Source: Microthyrium microscopicum
Lineage: Eukaryota
DNA: 64,000 bases
Direction: 5' to 3'
Assembly (NCBI GenBank): GCA_010405405.1
Contig: MU004231.1
Coordinates: forward strand, 918,153 to 982,152
Positions 11,612 through 22,942 of the stretch are shown piece by piece (position 1 is the stretch's first letter; each line of letters starts with the position of its first letter). The notes under the pieces were generated by a model. It did not search any database. It was given only the letters and a program-made list of their open reading frames with translations, and was not told where the DNA came from. Made by a program: the position numbers and the translations under genes.

Positions 11612-13427
11612 ATGAGTAGCTTATCAAGCTCCTCGGGTTTTGCCCCTTCAGCTGAGCTCGCCAAACTCAAGGCTATTCTCGTTGAAATCTCCAAGAATCC
11701 TGAGGTAATTCTACCCCCGCGTCTAAAAAATAACAAGTCTGCTAATCACACTCTCTAGCTCCTAGACACAATCATGGCTGCACCTCCTTCTTGGCTTGAG
11801 ACTAATGTCATTCAAACGCTGAGCAAGATTACCCTTCACTTTACTGGACGTGAACCGCTTGCAAGCTCGGTAGATGAAGCAGCACAGTTGAGCAATAGGG
11901 AGGCAAACAGGGATACGCCAGAACCACACCTTTCCGCTATAGCGAATTTGGACAATAGCGACGACGCCAACCTTACCGCATTATGCCCTTTGAGCCCTGC
12001 CGGTGAGGGACAAGCCAACCAACTGGGCTTGGTTCCTCGGCAGCAGCAGGGCAATGATGCACAAGATGCGGAGGCTGAAGTAACTTTGGATGAACAAGCG
12101 CTTGCACTTGGTCGTCTCTCACTGAACGGAGATACCGCACCCCTTGACGTTGTGACCCAAAATACGCTCGGGATTGCTCAGCCGCTACGCGATCCGGCCA
12201 TCTACCGCACTACCCCCCCGAATAAGATCGACACGGCGCCGGAGCCAACATTAACGTCCAAGAACAACCCCCCAGCGAGAAAGAAGGCCCAGGAACAGTC
12301 GACTCGGCGGGCGGCAGCATCATCCTCCTCTGTAGCGACGACAACCGTCGAGGTACCAGGACTTGATATCAAGCCGGATGACGGGTCAAACCTTGATGAA
12401 GAAGCCGCCCAGTTGTCGAGAGATGGTACTTTGGTATCCTCTCCTGCGACTTCAGCACGGCAAAGCATTAGCCATGATCCCGCCACTAGTTTCATCTCCT
12501 CAAAACCTCAAGAGGGGGTCAAGAAAAACCAATGGGAATGGGTGATGAAGATGGAAAAGGTGCCTAGTCTAGATCCGGAGATACAAGCTATCATAGACCA
12601 AAAGGACAATGACGTCTATAACTTCTTCACGGATACCAACCGGCTGAAGCGGCGTCTCAACTATTCGACATCTTCCAGCACGACCATTTCATCCATCAAA
12701 CCTGGAAAACACCAAGTTTCAACAGAAGAGACCCCGTTTGGCGTCAATGCAGAGGGCCACGCCCTATCGATTCAGGATGCCGTGTGTGAAATTGCCAATT
12801 ATATCGGCAAAATTTCCCGACGTGCAGTTATGGACAAGTTTCGGTATTTCCTTACCGCAATCCAGATATATGATATCTCAATGCTACTATCGCCTAGCGC
12901 GGGGGAGCGACTCGATGCACTAGCTATACAGGAGTTTGAATCGTTCATGAAGACCCTAAATGGAAGCATCACCAAGCAGCAGATAAACCAGTGCCTCGAA
13001 GCTCGCAAACACGGCAGAAAGCTGGCCAAACTCATGGCTGCGCTTGGTAACGGAGCAATCTTTCACATTGGGTTGAGCAAAGACCGGTAAGTTAACTCAC
13101 ATTGGCTTGTTTTGGGTTTGCTAACCGTGCCTTTTCAGACTTGGCAAGATTACATATGACTCTACTGAACAGATCAAGGCATATGCACACTTGGAGCAGC
13201 TAGATATTTCTATAATTGCCCAGAAAAGTGGTGCAGAGGATCTGGCAACCACTACTCGTCGTGCTATTCTCGAGCCCTTTGAGATGTGGAAATTGTCTCA
13301 AGGCAAGACTACCCCCAAGAAGGCCATGTCCAAGGTGTTGGATACCCGTATGCCCGCGGTTGAGGGAAATTCTGACGCAAATGCCTACTCCAAGCAGGAG
13401 AATGCCAAACATGGAGCCAAGGAGTAG
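11612..13427 (+). CDS. Hypothetical protein, low-complexity middle and helical C-domain (paralogue of 52154-53659)
   Basis: Three exons; introns 11705-11758 and 13087-13138 both keep frame; motif RKHGRKLAKLMAALGNGAIF. Confidence 0.7.
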
Positions 13428-13726
13428 CCGCTGCCGGCCGTGAGCTGGAATCTTCTGCCTACGTAAGTAAAGATGGATGCTCTAGTAATAGGGACGGTAG
13501 CCAGCAAGATGCGATTACAGAGCAACTCGCGGCAAAGGATGATCCATTGCCAAAACATTAGAAAGTAGATGTGGAAGTTGATGGCAATCACCAAGCAGAT
13601 ATGTAAAGTCAAGTATAGATATTTCAGTATTGAGTTGATGCGTTACTATCCTATCTCTGCTACTAGTCTGCTGGCGTCCAAGCAAAAAAACAAAGGTTTG
13701 AATATCGATCAGTTACCTACAAGAGC

Positions 13727-14797
13727 CTATGGCTTTTCTGCTTCCCATGCGGACGAAGCATTTTTCATGACGGCAACTAGTTTTGTAAAATCATAAGGAT
13801 ACATGCTTGGCTGTAGAACTTTTCGTGGCAAATCGCAAAACATGCCCTGTACAGCAACCCATCTATTCAGCTCCTTGTTGAGTAGTGGCAGGGCTTCCTG
13901 TCTTAACCAACATACAAGATCAAGTTCGTTTCGAAGGCATCCCTTTTGCTCCGCAAAATTCTTGTTTAGGGCACCTGATTTTGGCTTGGAAAAGGCAGGC
14001 GTAGCGTTGTCCGCAAAGTACCCTCTGCTGTGCTGATCGAACGTGGTAGCAATGTGATTGATGCTGCGCTCAGTATGCTGAAGAACGCTCACTAGTAGTA
14101 CAGACATCTCCCAGATAGGTGCGGGAGGGCCAAAGTTCAAAGGCTCTGCACATAGTGCCTCAAGGGCGGCGTGAGCTGACTCTATCTCATTCGGGTTGCT
14201 CTGGTAGGTCATTGTGTCCAGAAGGAGTACTGCCGAGTCAATCTTTTCTTCCAGAATGATGATCCATTCCGCTAGTTGGGCCCAGTTGTTTTGAAGGTTT
14301 GACAGCGTTTGGCCGGTAATCGAGCACATGGGAATGTCTGGCGGACTCCATATCAGTTTGGACTGGTTGAGCAGACGGCCCATGGTTGGTGAGTTGGCTT
14401 TTTCAAGCACTATTGGTGGTTGTAATTCGAATCGATTGGAATTCTTGTAAATTGCGCTGCAAAGGCCGACAAGTACAATGTTGATGATGGCTAATAGCAT
14501 CCAGCAGGGCCACTTTGGACTAACGTCCTTGTCAGCGCTGGCGAGTTGCAAATACTGCAAGTCGTCACTATGATTTCTCTGACCACTTGCTTTTGTGGAG
14601 GCCAAGGCGACATTTCCATGGGGGTGTCGTGCAGTAGTCGATCCTGGAGAAGATGGTTCGCATGGATGGTTGCCAGAGATGAACGAACTTGGAGGGTTGC
14701 TGCCGTCACTAGGCAAATCATTATCCAGATGGCCAGACGAATGTTCTCCGCGAAGGATTGCAAGCAAAACACCTATATTTGCTTGTTCATTGGACAT
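13727..14797 (-). CDS. Single-TM helical protein (family member 2, 356 aa)
   Basis: TM WMLLAIINIVLVGLCSAIY; C-terminal C..L..V.W..L..E..RW..C pattern. Confidence 0.7.
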   Translation of the reverse strand: MSNEQANIGVLLAILRGEHSSGHLDNDLPSDGSNPPSSFISGNHPCEPSSPGSTTARHPHGNVALASTKASGQRNHSDDLQYLQLASADKDVSPKWPCWMLLAIINIVLVGLCSAIYKNSNRFELQPPIVLEKANSPTMGRLLNQSKLIWSPPDIPMCSITGQTLSNLQNNWAQLAEWIIILEEKIDSAVLLLDTMTYQSNPNEIESAHAALEALCAEPLNFGPPAPIWEMSVLLVSVLQHTERSINHIATTFDQHSRGYFADNATPAFSKPKSGALNKNFAEQKGCLRNELDLVCWLRQEALPLLNKELNRWVAVQGMFCDLPRKVLQPSMYPYDFTKLVAVMKNASSAWEAEKP

Positions 14798-16207
14798 TGC
14801 TATTGCTGCTATATGTGGCGTGCAAGGGGTGTAGGTCTGTTTCTTGTTCCCAAGAAGATGGACTAGGCGAGAAGTATTCTGAATTGTTCAAGCTTTATGA
14901 TCATAAAGAGAGGAGGTGCTCGTGGGCACTGCGTGAATAATGAGATTTTCACCTTGTAACGCTATGGGATCAGGTCAGCCTGGAACCGGCAAAGAGACAA
15001 GCTGCGGCTGAAAACTTGGATTGCCAAAGCTAGGAATAGGTGGGAAATATTTGGGCATAAATATACGTGCAGAGTCACTGCCTGGAAAGGTCTCATCCTC
15101 TCAGGGGTCTCAGACTGAGATCCGCAAATTCAAAAACTAGTGGGTATTCGACATCTGACTGTCACTAAAATCCGCGCCCGCGAGCCATCATCAACTCACG
15201 AACTTGGCTGATTATGCTACATCACTTTTCCATCACATTGGGATAATTTCGCGATAGAGCAAAGAATCGGAAACTCGTATTTTAATTTGCGAATGATGAA
15301 AACGCGGTTTTTCCTTGGTCTATTTCTAATTTTCTATATAAACTCCGCAATAAATGGTGTAGACTACCGGATATGATCTATAAATTGAGCGTCTCATAAC
15401 GGCCTCCCTCTCCGTAAACAGCTGGTTCATGACACTTGAACACGGCTGCTTCTTTGGTCTAACATCGTCGCTGGTATTTCTATTCGAACTTACCAAGTTC
15501 AAAGGATTGTGGTTTCAGACCGAGCAAGCGCTGTTGGACCGGTTCGACTAGTGGGCATCTGCTTCCAACTCGCGCGCCAGAATGCCAACTTAACTCCTCA
15601 ATATCCCGCTATGTGACCTGAAAACTCTCGGTTGTTGACAAAGCTATAAGAGTTGATGGTTCTGAAAGATTAGTGAATCATATCGTTCAACCCTTGACCC
15701 TCTAGCATCGGAGACTGATAATACGATGCTAGGGCTCCTTGCTTCCAGGCAATAACGTGCTGGTTAAGCGCTAGTAATATCGTGGTTTTGAGGACTCTCC
15801 TTGGGCTGCTGGAAAATGCTTATTATTCTGTTTCTGCGCTTGATAGGGTGAGCGATAAAGACACGAGCAATGCTATATTCTGATTTCAATGTGCAGTGTC
15901 GATTAAGAGAGGTAGAGCAGCAGACAAGGAGACAACATTCTGGAAAATTTGCTAAAGAGATTAGAGTATTTTAGTTTAGCAACAGCGGCCTGGTATCACT
16001 ACTTTGTAGTAACTCAACCCATGATCAAATCCGTTTCCAGTGCAACAACAGCGGCCTGGTAGAATCACTGCATTGTTTCGATTGAATCAATCATCATCTC
16101 TAGAATAAACATGTCCTAGCCATCAAGCTGCGGTGCATACATGGTATCAAGAGGCAAGCCAGAGATAAAGGCAACTCTTGGTACAATTAGATTGTTGCAG
16201 TGCAGAG

Positions 16208-17128
16208 CTAGGTAATCTGCTTGTAAAACTGCGCCTGGATAACGTCGTACGCGACCTTTACCTGAGCCTTGAATGCCTTTTCTGGCATAATTCTCATCTT
16301 GAGCAAGCCTTCGACGTTCCGAGGCCCTCTACCACATAGCGTGTAAGTGATATTGCCCCATCTTTGATGCTCAAACTCAAGGCCTCGTTGGAACTGAGGT
16401 GTCCATTGAGTAACCTGCGCTAGGTTGGATTGGCACCGCATGTACAGGTTACTTTCATCATGCAGCACAGCCCGACTTTTGTAGACCGAGGGTCCAAGCA
16501 TCTCTACAATGCTTGGAGCAGACTGAATTTGCTCCTCCAGTAGTGTTGTTTCCCATGAAAGTTCTGGAATTGCGAGGTTTACCCAGTGTGCAAGAGGACA
16601 GACTGTGCCATTGATATACCACAGCAGCTTTTGGCGAGGCCCAGGCTGTGTTCCATAGATGTGCATGTCCAAAAGATATTGGCCGATGTTGAGTTGGTGA
16701 AAATGTCTCTGGAACTCGTATGACTGGTCTTGAATAACGTTGGTCCATCTAGAGAGCAGCTTTAGCCTTCGTGAGGCCTTGGCGCACGGCTGCATGGGAC
16801 CATTGATGCTCGTAGAATATTCAGTAGGAAAGCCGAGTTGAAGTCTGTTTTGATGGTCGTCCATAGCAGCGGTTGCGTTGAAGTAGAGCTCTTGCTGAAA
16901 TATTTCCGGGATCTCATTGACTTGCCACCATAAACGAAAAGGCAACCAGGAACTTTGCCAGCCCCACGGGGCTCGGTCATATTCACTCATGATATTCGGA
17001 ATGTCCTTGGACAAGCTTTTGCCATCAGTGGTATAGCTGATACCAGAATCATAGATGCTGAACATGATGCAGAGAGTAATGCCAAAGTATAGGGAGAGGC
17101 AACCTCCAATCCGCTTCCAGTTGTACAT
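16208..17128 (-). CDS. Single-TM helical protein (family member 3, 306 aa)
   Basis: N-terminal TM IGGCLSLYFGITLCIMFSIY; C-terminal RCQSNLAQVTQW..LEFEHQRW..LC. Confidence 0.7.
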   Translation of the reverse strand: MYNWKRIGGCLSLYFGITLCIMFSIYDSGISYTTDGKSLSKDIPNIMSEYDRAPWGWQSSWLPFRLWWQVNEIPEIFQQELYFNATAAMDDHQNRLQLGFPTEYSTSINGPMQPCAKASRRLKLLSRWTNVIQDQSYEFQRHFHQLNIGQYLLDMHIYGTQPGPRQKLLWYINGTVCPLAHWVNLAIPELSWETTLLEEQIQSAPSIVEMLGPSVYKSRAVLHDESNLYMRCQSNLAQVTQWTPQFQRGLEFEHQRWGNITYTLCGRGPRNVEGLLKMRIMPEKAFKAQVKVAYDVIQAQFYKQIT

Positions 17129-17823
17129 TTCGAGACAAGGGACGAATCGTCTATCGGGTTTATAGTTAGCAAAGAAGTCTTTTGCATGACTATGCTGGCC
17201 GGCAGCAATCGCGTGAAAGTCATACCTTAAAGTCTTGGATCTATGGTCGTGGGCTTGTTGCTATCACGGGTTGACGTTGGAGAAAGGGCCAAAAGAAAAC
17301 GTGAAAATTGCCTTGAGTGAATACCGATCGGTGATGAGTACCTAGGTAGGCAGCCGTATACTTCGAGGATACGTATAAGCACGAGTATAAAGTAGAGTAG
17401 TAGTTAATGGACAAGTTGTACAACAAGTTGTTCTTATCATTCAGTAGTAAGGATATTTGGACAGAGTATCATGGCTATTGAAACATGGTTATAGCTCTTG
17501 ACAAAACTAATTTCCCCCCTCATGAGCTGAATTAATTGGTTTCGGATAATATTACTATTTTCACCAAAGCTTGAGCGCTAGTTTCGCAATACCAGCAAAG
17601 TAGTGAATCGTTCCACCTAATAATAAATATTCTCAAAGGGGGATTTTCATACTCAGGGCCTTGTAACTTTTGGACTCTGGGGAGAAGATCACGGGCGATT
17701 TCCCTGCCTGTCACAGAACCAACGCGCTCCAAAGCCTCCAAGTAACAATGCGAGTAGAAGGCGATATTATAGACAAGTAGATGCAGTGTTTTTATTAGAG
17801 GCTTGTCTTTACATTTGTAGTCT

Positions 17824-18219
17824 CTAGTGGACAAGATGAAATTCAATGTGATCTCCAATCTCTGCGATAGTGAACCTTTCCACCCTAAAACCACAGGCGA
17901 TGCACTCTCCAGCCAATTCACAGACTGCCGCAAGGTGCAATTTTATCTGCGCGATTCCCACCGCGCCACGGTGGAAGAGGTATGGGCAACCAGGAGGACA
18001 TGCTAGCAATGGGCATTCCAACCGGCAGGGGTATTTGGCACTGCGAATTTTTATGCCATGTGGCAACGCAGCCAAATTCGGTCCGACTCCGTGTCCGGTA
18101 AGATTTTGTTTGAAGCGTTGAGATGGGTCAAACAGTAAGAGATCATCGAGTCGCATCAACCAGAAATCTTCTAGATCGATGACTGCATTTATGGAGTCGA
18201 TGTTTTGTGGGGCCGCCAT
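17824..18219 (-). CDS. Cys/His-rich putative zinc-finger protein
   Basis: CPPGCP..HLAAVC and CIACG..HIEFH spacing; possibly truncated. Confidence 0.4.
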   Translation of the reverse strand: MAAPQNIDSINAVIDLEDFWLMRLDDLLLFDPSQRFKQNLTGHGVGPNLAALPHGIKIRSAKYPCRLECPLLACPPGCPYLFHRGAVGIAQIKLHLAAVCELAGECIACGFRVERFTIAEIGDHIEFHLVH

Positions 18220-18573
18220 AACGAAACTTGTTGACTCGTAGGTGTTGGATTGGTGGGCTTCGCAAATAGTTCAGGTACAACTGCCGTGGCTGTCGTTGTT
18301 GGCGATTATAAACGGTAGTAGTGAGCTTTTTGAATTCTTGCAAGTTGGATTTAATTTTGTCTGAACAGAGGAGTTCATCTGTTGTTATAGCTCCTGGCTC
18401 TTGACATAATGTGTTGGTCTCTCATGCTGACCTCATTAGCGGATAGACACATAAGAAACAAACAAACAAGAACTGAGGGGCAAGGCAACAAGAATAATAG
18501 ACTTGGATTTGGTCTTCCAACTCTCTTCCCTCTTTACAGAAAAATCATCGGATGAGGTCTGCTCTTGACGCTC

Positions 18574-18882
18574 ACCATCAAGACGACATCTGACCAAGCC
18601 TTACAATCAACACGACAAGTCTACCAGAAAGAATCCACTACCGTAGCCTCACCATCAAGACGACANNNNNNNNNNNNNNNNNNNNNNNNNNNNNNNNNNN
18701 NNNNNNNNNNNNNNNNNNNNNNNNNNNNNNNNNNNNNNNNNNNNNNNNNNNNNNNNNNNNNNNNNNNNNNNNNNNNNNNNNNNNNNNNNNACCATCAAGA
18801 CGACATCTGACCAAGCCTTACAATCAACACGACAAATCTACCAGAAAGAACCCACTACCGTAGCCTCACCATCAAGACGACA
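18574..18882. repeat. 77-bp tandem repeat spanning an assembly gap (N 18666-18790)
   Basis: Unit starts ACCATCAAGACGACA at 18574, 18651, 18791 and 18868; the full copies differ at 2 positions. Confidence 0.85.
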
Positions 18883-19018
18883 AGGCCTTTCATAATCGCT
18901 GAGTCGTTACATCACGCAAACCATCGTCACTACAAATCTTTCGACTACTCGATTAACAGGTAAGACTTGGCGTACTATTCCTTGACCTGTTTTCATCATT
19001 AATCATATTCCTTTAGAT

Positions 19019-19702
19019 ATGGCTAGTCTACTACAAGCGATACTTGGTCATATTCCTTTCGATCTGGCTAGTCTAGCGACACTTAGCCACGCGCAGCTCC
19101 ACGCCCGAGTACGCGTTCTGGTTGACCATCGGGAAGACTTGGAGTTGCTCAATCGTACGGTAGTGAGACGTCCTGGTACTACTAGGCAAGCCGTCGAATG
19201 GGCTATTGAGCACCTCAATGAAGTTCTCAACACCATATTTGCTCGCTTGCGTAGCGATGAGCAAATCCACACTCAAGCGCGCGTCTTGGCAGTCCACCGC
19301 GAAGAGTTGCAAAGACTTGACCGTACGTTGGTGAGACGTCCTGGTCGTACTAGGCAAGCCGTTGACTGGGCCATTGGACACCTCGATGACGTACTCAACA
19401 CGGTCTTGGGTCGCATACGTAGCGGTGAGCAACTCATCGCTCAAAGGGAGGCCTTGGTCGCCCATCGTGGAGAGTTGGAGATGCTTGAGAGAGGTGGTAC
19501 TAGCCGGCAAGCCATCATATGGGCTATTGGACAAGTAATTGAACAACTTCACGCAATCGAGACTCGACTAGAGGACCTGGGGGTTGATGTCAATCACGGT
19601 ACTAGCGATGACGACCTTGGTAATCATAGCGACAGAAGCGACGATAGTGAGGATGGTGATCTTGAGGGCTTTGTCGTGTCAGACAACGAGCCTGTTGTCT
19701 GA
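19019..19702 (+). CDS. Protein with three ~56-aa internal helical repeats and an acidic tail
   Basis: Repeat L.xHR.EL..L.R..T.RQA..WAI x3; likely 5'UTR intron GTAAGA..TTTAG directly upstream. Confidence 0.7.
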   Translation: MASLLQAILGHIPFDLASLATLSHAQLHARVRVLVDHREDLELLNRTVVRRPGTTRQAVEWAIEHLNEVLNTIFARLRSDEQIHTQARVLAVHREELQRLDRTLVRRPGRTRQAVDWAIGHLDDVLNTVLGRIRSGEQLIAQREALVAHRGELEMLERGGTSRQAIIWAIGQVIEQLHAIETRLEDLGVDVNHGTSDDDLGNHSDRSDDSEDGDLEGFVVSDNEPVV

Positions 19703-19837
19703 ACTTCCAGTGACTGCTTATTTGCGGCTTCCTTTGCCGTCATCTCTGGACGCGAACTCTCAACCTCTGTCTGAATGTTACATGTAAATTTTATTTCAAT
19801 CAAATTTGTGCTAATCGATCCTTTTTTATGTTTCGAG

Positions 19838-20548
19838 CGGATACGGCTTAGACCAGATTCCAGAGACCAACGATACTTTCATGGACTTCTTAGTCGCCCC
19901 GGTTAGGCGTGGTGAGAACGATGCTCCAACACTCGACAAAGATGTAGTCAAGTTCTTGCTTATCTAGGCGTTGCACGTCAACAATGAGCGATTCACCAGT
20001 CACCGTAGGCCCAGGTCCCGTTAATGTTTGATCGTCAGGACCTTGACATGGCATTTGGTGTTTATAAAACCAATGTTCATTGCAATAGCGAGCTTTGGCT
20101 CTATTGGGATGAGCTCTTTGCAGGCGATGTGCCTGAGGGCTACGCTATATACAACAGACGATTCAATGCGCTGTTTACCGCGGTCCACGGCGTGACTGGA
20201 CTCGATGTACGTTTGCTCACTTTCAATATCTCTACTGATAATCAATGACAGTAATGCCACCGACCCACCTCTGGGAAATGTGGTCTCTTCCCATTTGTCG
20301 AGTGCATTTTTCCACCTAGACTGTTCGACCCTCAACGATTCCATCAGTTTGCATGTGCGAATTGTCATTGGCGTTGCCGTGATTCCCAGGCGACCAACAG
20401 CTACTTGACGTGCTACAAAACATGTTACTACGTGCACCCATATGGCAACCCTGACTGGAAGAAGGGAATGATGCAGCGTGCAGAAATGCTTACCGCAGAC
20501 GATGCTGGCGAGCTCAACGGTGAAGACGGTAGCTATGGTAGACTTTGA
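19838..20548 (+). pseudogene. DUF3716-like Cys-cluster protein, disrupted (copy 1)
   Basis: After intron 20207-20251: *CHRP..FPFVEC..ACANCHW..TCYYVHPY; stops TAG 19965 and TAA 20252, plus a frameshift before 20024; 5' end approximate. Confidence 0.6.
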
Positions 20549-20961
20549 AACTAATCAAGAGATTGACATCATAACCAGTGCGAATTGGGTATAGATTTCC
20601 TTAGACTAGTACCTAGGTATGCAATGTATTCCTTTCCTAGTTACTACTTGTGTAGAGTTTCAAGACTATCTACCTGTCTGCTCAAGTATAAGCTAGCCGG
20701 TAGAAACGTCCATTTACATACTCGTGTACTACGGAATCAAGATAGGTACTCCAATTTCCGCGAGCTGGTACCTTGACATCCCCAATTACAATTAACCCCA
20801 CGTTCCATACATTCGCAGGTAGACATGCACTAAATAGATTAGATATGTTTTCAAGAGCTTCCTAGTATCAGAAACTTACTATTCCCTCTGTACAAGAGCA
20901 GTGAGCAGGATTAGGAAACCGAATTTTTCGAGTTCTCGAATTTATGCCCTTGTGGGTGATA

Positions 20962-22527
20962 TTATTCGTGCCATGATCTTTGCATAACAACTACACAGTT
21001 GTTAGCGCGAATGACCTTGTTTCGATTCAGTATATTAACATGTACCTGAAAATCCCGCAAGGCATCCTGAAAGAGACGACGGGGTGGGAAGTTGTCAGAA
21101 TCAAGGTTTCTTGACCAGTGATGCAACAAAGCCATCATCTTTTCAGCAAATTCTGGAGCCACATCTTCGTTGGTGATATGAGGCTTTAAACACTCTGATT
21201 TGGTCTGCCAGATCTGATCCGGCAACTTTCGGTGATCTATAACCATTCCACCAACTATCGAACAGTGCTCAATAGTATAAGGAGCATGAATAGTAGCACT
21301 TGGTTGGATAAGAGTATCGTTCTCTTCCAGATATATTCCCATCATAATGTCACCAAATACTAATCTTGACTCCTCGGTGCTACTCTCTATTGAATCATAA
21401 TTCTCTGCAAACTTCTCTATGACATCGCGTGTCTGAGAGGAGGCGGCAATCCACGCCTTTTTACCTGCCTGGCATGTTATGATGGTCTCTACGCCACCGC
21501 GGTCAATATGTGCGCGCGAGAATACGCCCGTGTTGGCCAAAAGTCGAAAGAATTGTGAATTGGTGATTTGATTTCGCATGCTTTCTGGCGTCTTCTTTAA
21601 CCGTAGCCATCTTTGCAGTTCTGAACTGCCAGTAAAATATTCTAGCCCTAGGCCATTGTATTTGTTGCGGATCTCTGGACTGTTGAAAATCTTGTTGCCG
21701 ACAGTGTTGATATGATGCGATCCTTTGAATCCTAGGAGGTTGACTTTTCTCATTGGATCCTGGAAGGTCTTCCTGAAGTTGGAAGCCAGGTCAGATACCA
21801 GGCCGCCATGCTTCATGTCAGGGAGATTGAAGAAGTCGTGGTACTCAACAATGCCGCCGTTGCATTCTATCAGATCTAAATGTTTCTCGATTGTCCAGGG
21901 CGACTCATCAGTCTCGTTGAGTTCCGCCGGAACTAAAATGAAATGCCTAAGAGGACCTGATTGCAAGACTCGTACGGCATCTTTAGTGCTGCCAACTATA
22001 ACAATCCTGCTGTTCTCGGCTGGTGGATGTTCAAAGAACTCGTCTGCAGTGATGAACTTGGTGTCCTTGACAAAGTCCAAGGTTTTGACGTATCTTGGGA
22101 GCTCATCTTCTTCTCTGGTCTTCTTGGTCCGAAGATTCTTCTCACTTCTCTCTGACTGGAGCAACCGGAGTCTCTCACGGCAATGGTCCACGGATTCCTG
22201 AATGTTGGTGTTATTGCGGACTTGGAGTTTGGCACGTAAGGTGTCCATGGGTAATGATGTGGACTGTGGTATATTTATTGTAGGCGATTGAGAAAGACGT
22301 GACATATTGCGTGGACTACGACAATAGTCTTTCTGGTGACGGCTCATATTGCTTTTAGATTTGAAGCTTCCGCATCTCGTACATAGCTTCATTTCATGCT
22401 TAATGACACGAGCCGCGACAGAATTTGGATGATCTTTATGTTTGTGTCTAGCGTGATTATGTGAGCTTAAGAGCTTTCCGCATCCCAAGGGGCATCTCCG
22501 CAACACGGCTGGTTTTCTCCCTGCCAT
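20962..22527 (-). CDS. Zinc-finger + JmjC-domain protein (putative 2OG/Fe(II) dioxygenase / histone demethylase)
   Basis: Probable ATG 22527 (MAGRKP); fingers CPLGC..HKHKDH and CTRC..HQKDYC; JmjC H-x-D (FSRAHIDRGG), GKKAWI and distal His (IHAPYT); probable 3' intron near 21045-20992, so the true end may be ~20870. Confidence 0.8.
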   Translation of the reverse strand: MAGRKPAVLRRCPLGCGKLLSSHNHARHKHKDHPNSVAARVIKHEMKLCTRCGSFKSKSNMSRHQKDYCRSPRNMSRLSQSPTINIPQSTSLPMDTLRAKLQVRNNTNIQESVDHCRERLRLLQSERSEKNLRTKKTREEDELPRYVKTLDFVKDTKFITADEFFEHPPAENSRIVIVGSTKDAVRVLQSGPLRHFILVPAELNETDESPWTIEKHLDLIECNGGIVEYHDFFNLPDMKHGGLVSDLASNFRKTFQDPMRKVNLLGFKGSHHINTVGNKIFNSPEIRNKYNGLGLEYFTGSSELQRWLRLKKTPESMRNQITNSQFFRLLANTGVFSRAHIDRGGVETIITCQAGKKAWIAASSQTRDVIEKFAENYDSIESSTEESRLVFGDIMMGIYLEENDTLIQPSATIHAPYTIEHCSIVGGMVIDHRKLPDQIWQTKSECLKPHITNEDVAPEFAEKMMALLHHWSRNLDSDNFPPRRLFQDALRDFQVHVNILNRNKVIRANNCVVVMQRSWHE

Positions 22528-22573
22528 ATGGCTATGAGGGTCGTTATCAACGATGCAAAGCAAGCAAACAACG

Positions 22574-22812
22574 GAGGACTGATGAAGAGGACTGATGAAG
22601 AGGGTGATGAAGAGGGTGATGAAGAGGACTGATGAAGAGGACTGATGAAGAGGGTGATGAAGAGGACTGATGAAGAGGACTGATGAAGAGGACTGATGAA
22701 GAGGACTGATGAAGAGGACTGATGAAGAGGACTGATGAAGAGGGCTGATGAAGAGGGCTGATGAAGAGGACTGATGAAGAGGGTAATGAAGAGGGTAATG
22801 AAGAGGGTGATG
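22574..22812. repeat. Purine-rich 12/13-bp minisatellite (GAAGAGGACTGAT / GAAGAGGGTGAT)
   Basis: Directly visible tandem units just upstream of the JmjC start. Confidence 0.9.
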
Positions 22813-22942
22813 ATTCCTCTTCACAGGCTTCACAGCGATGTTGTGAGAGAGATCTGATCTTGCTACAAGATCGCGCACTAGACCTAAAGGGGTTAGCGCG
22901 CCCAAGGATCTGCCAAGCGGACTTACTTCTCTCGCCGACCTA

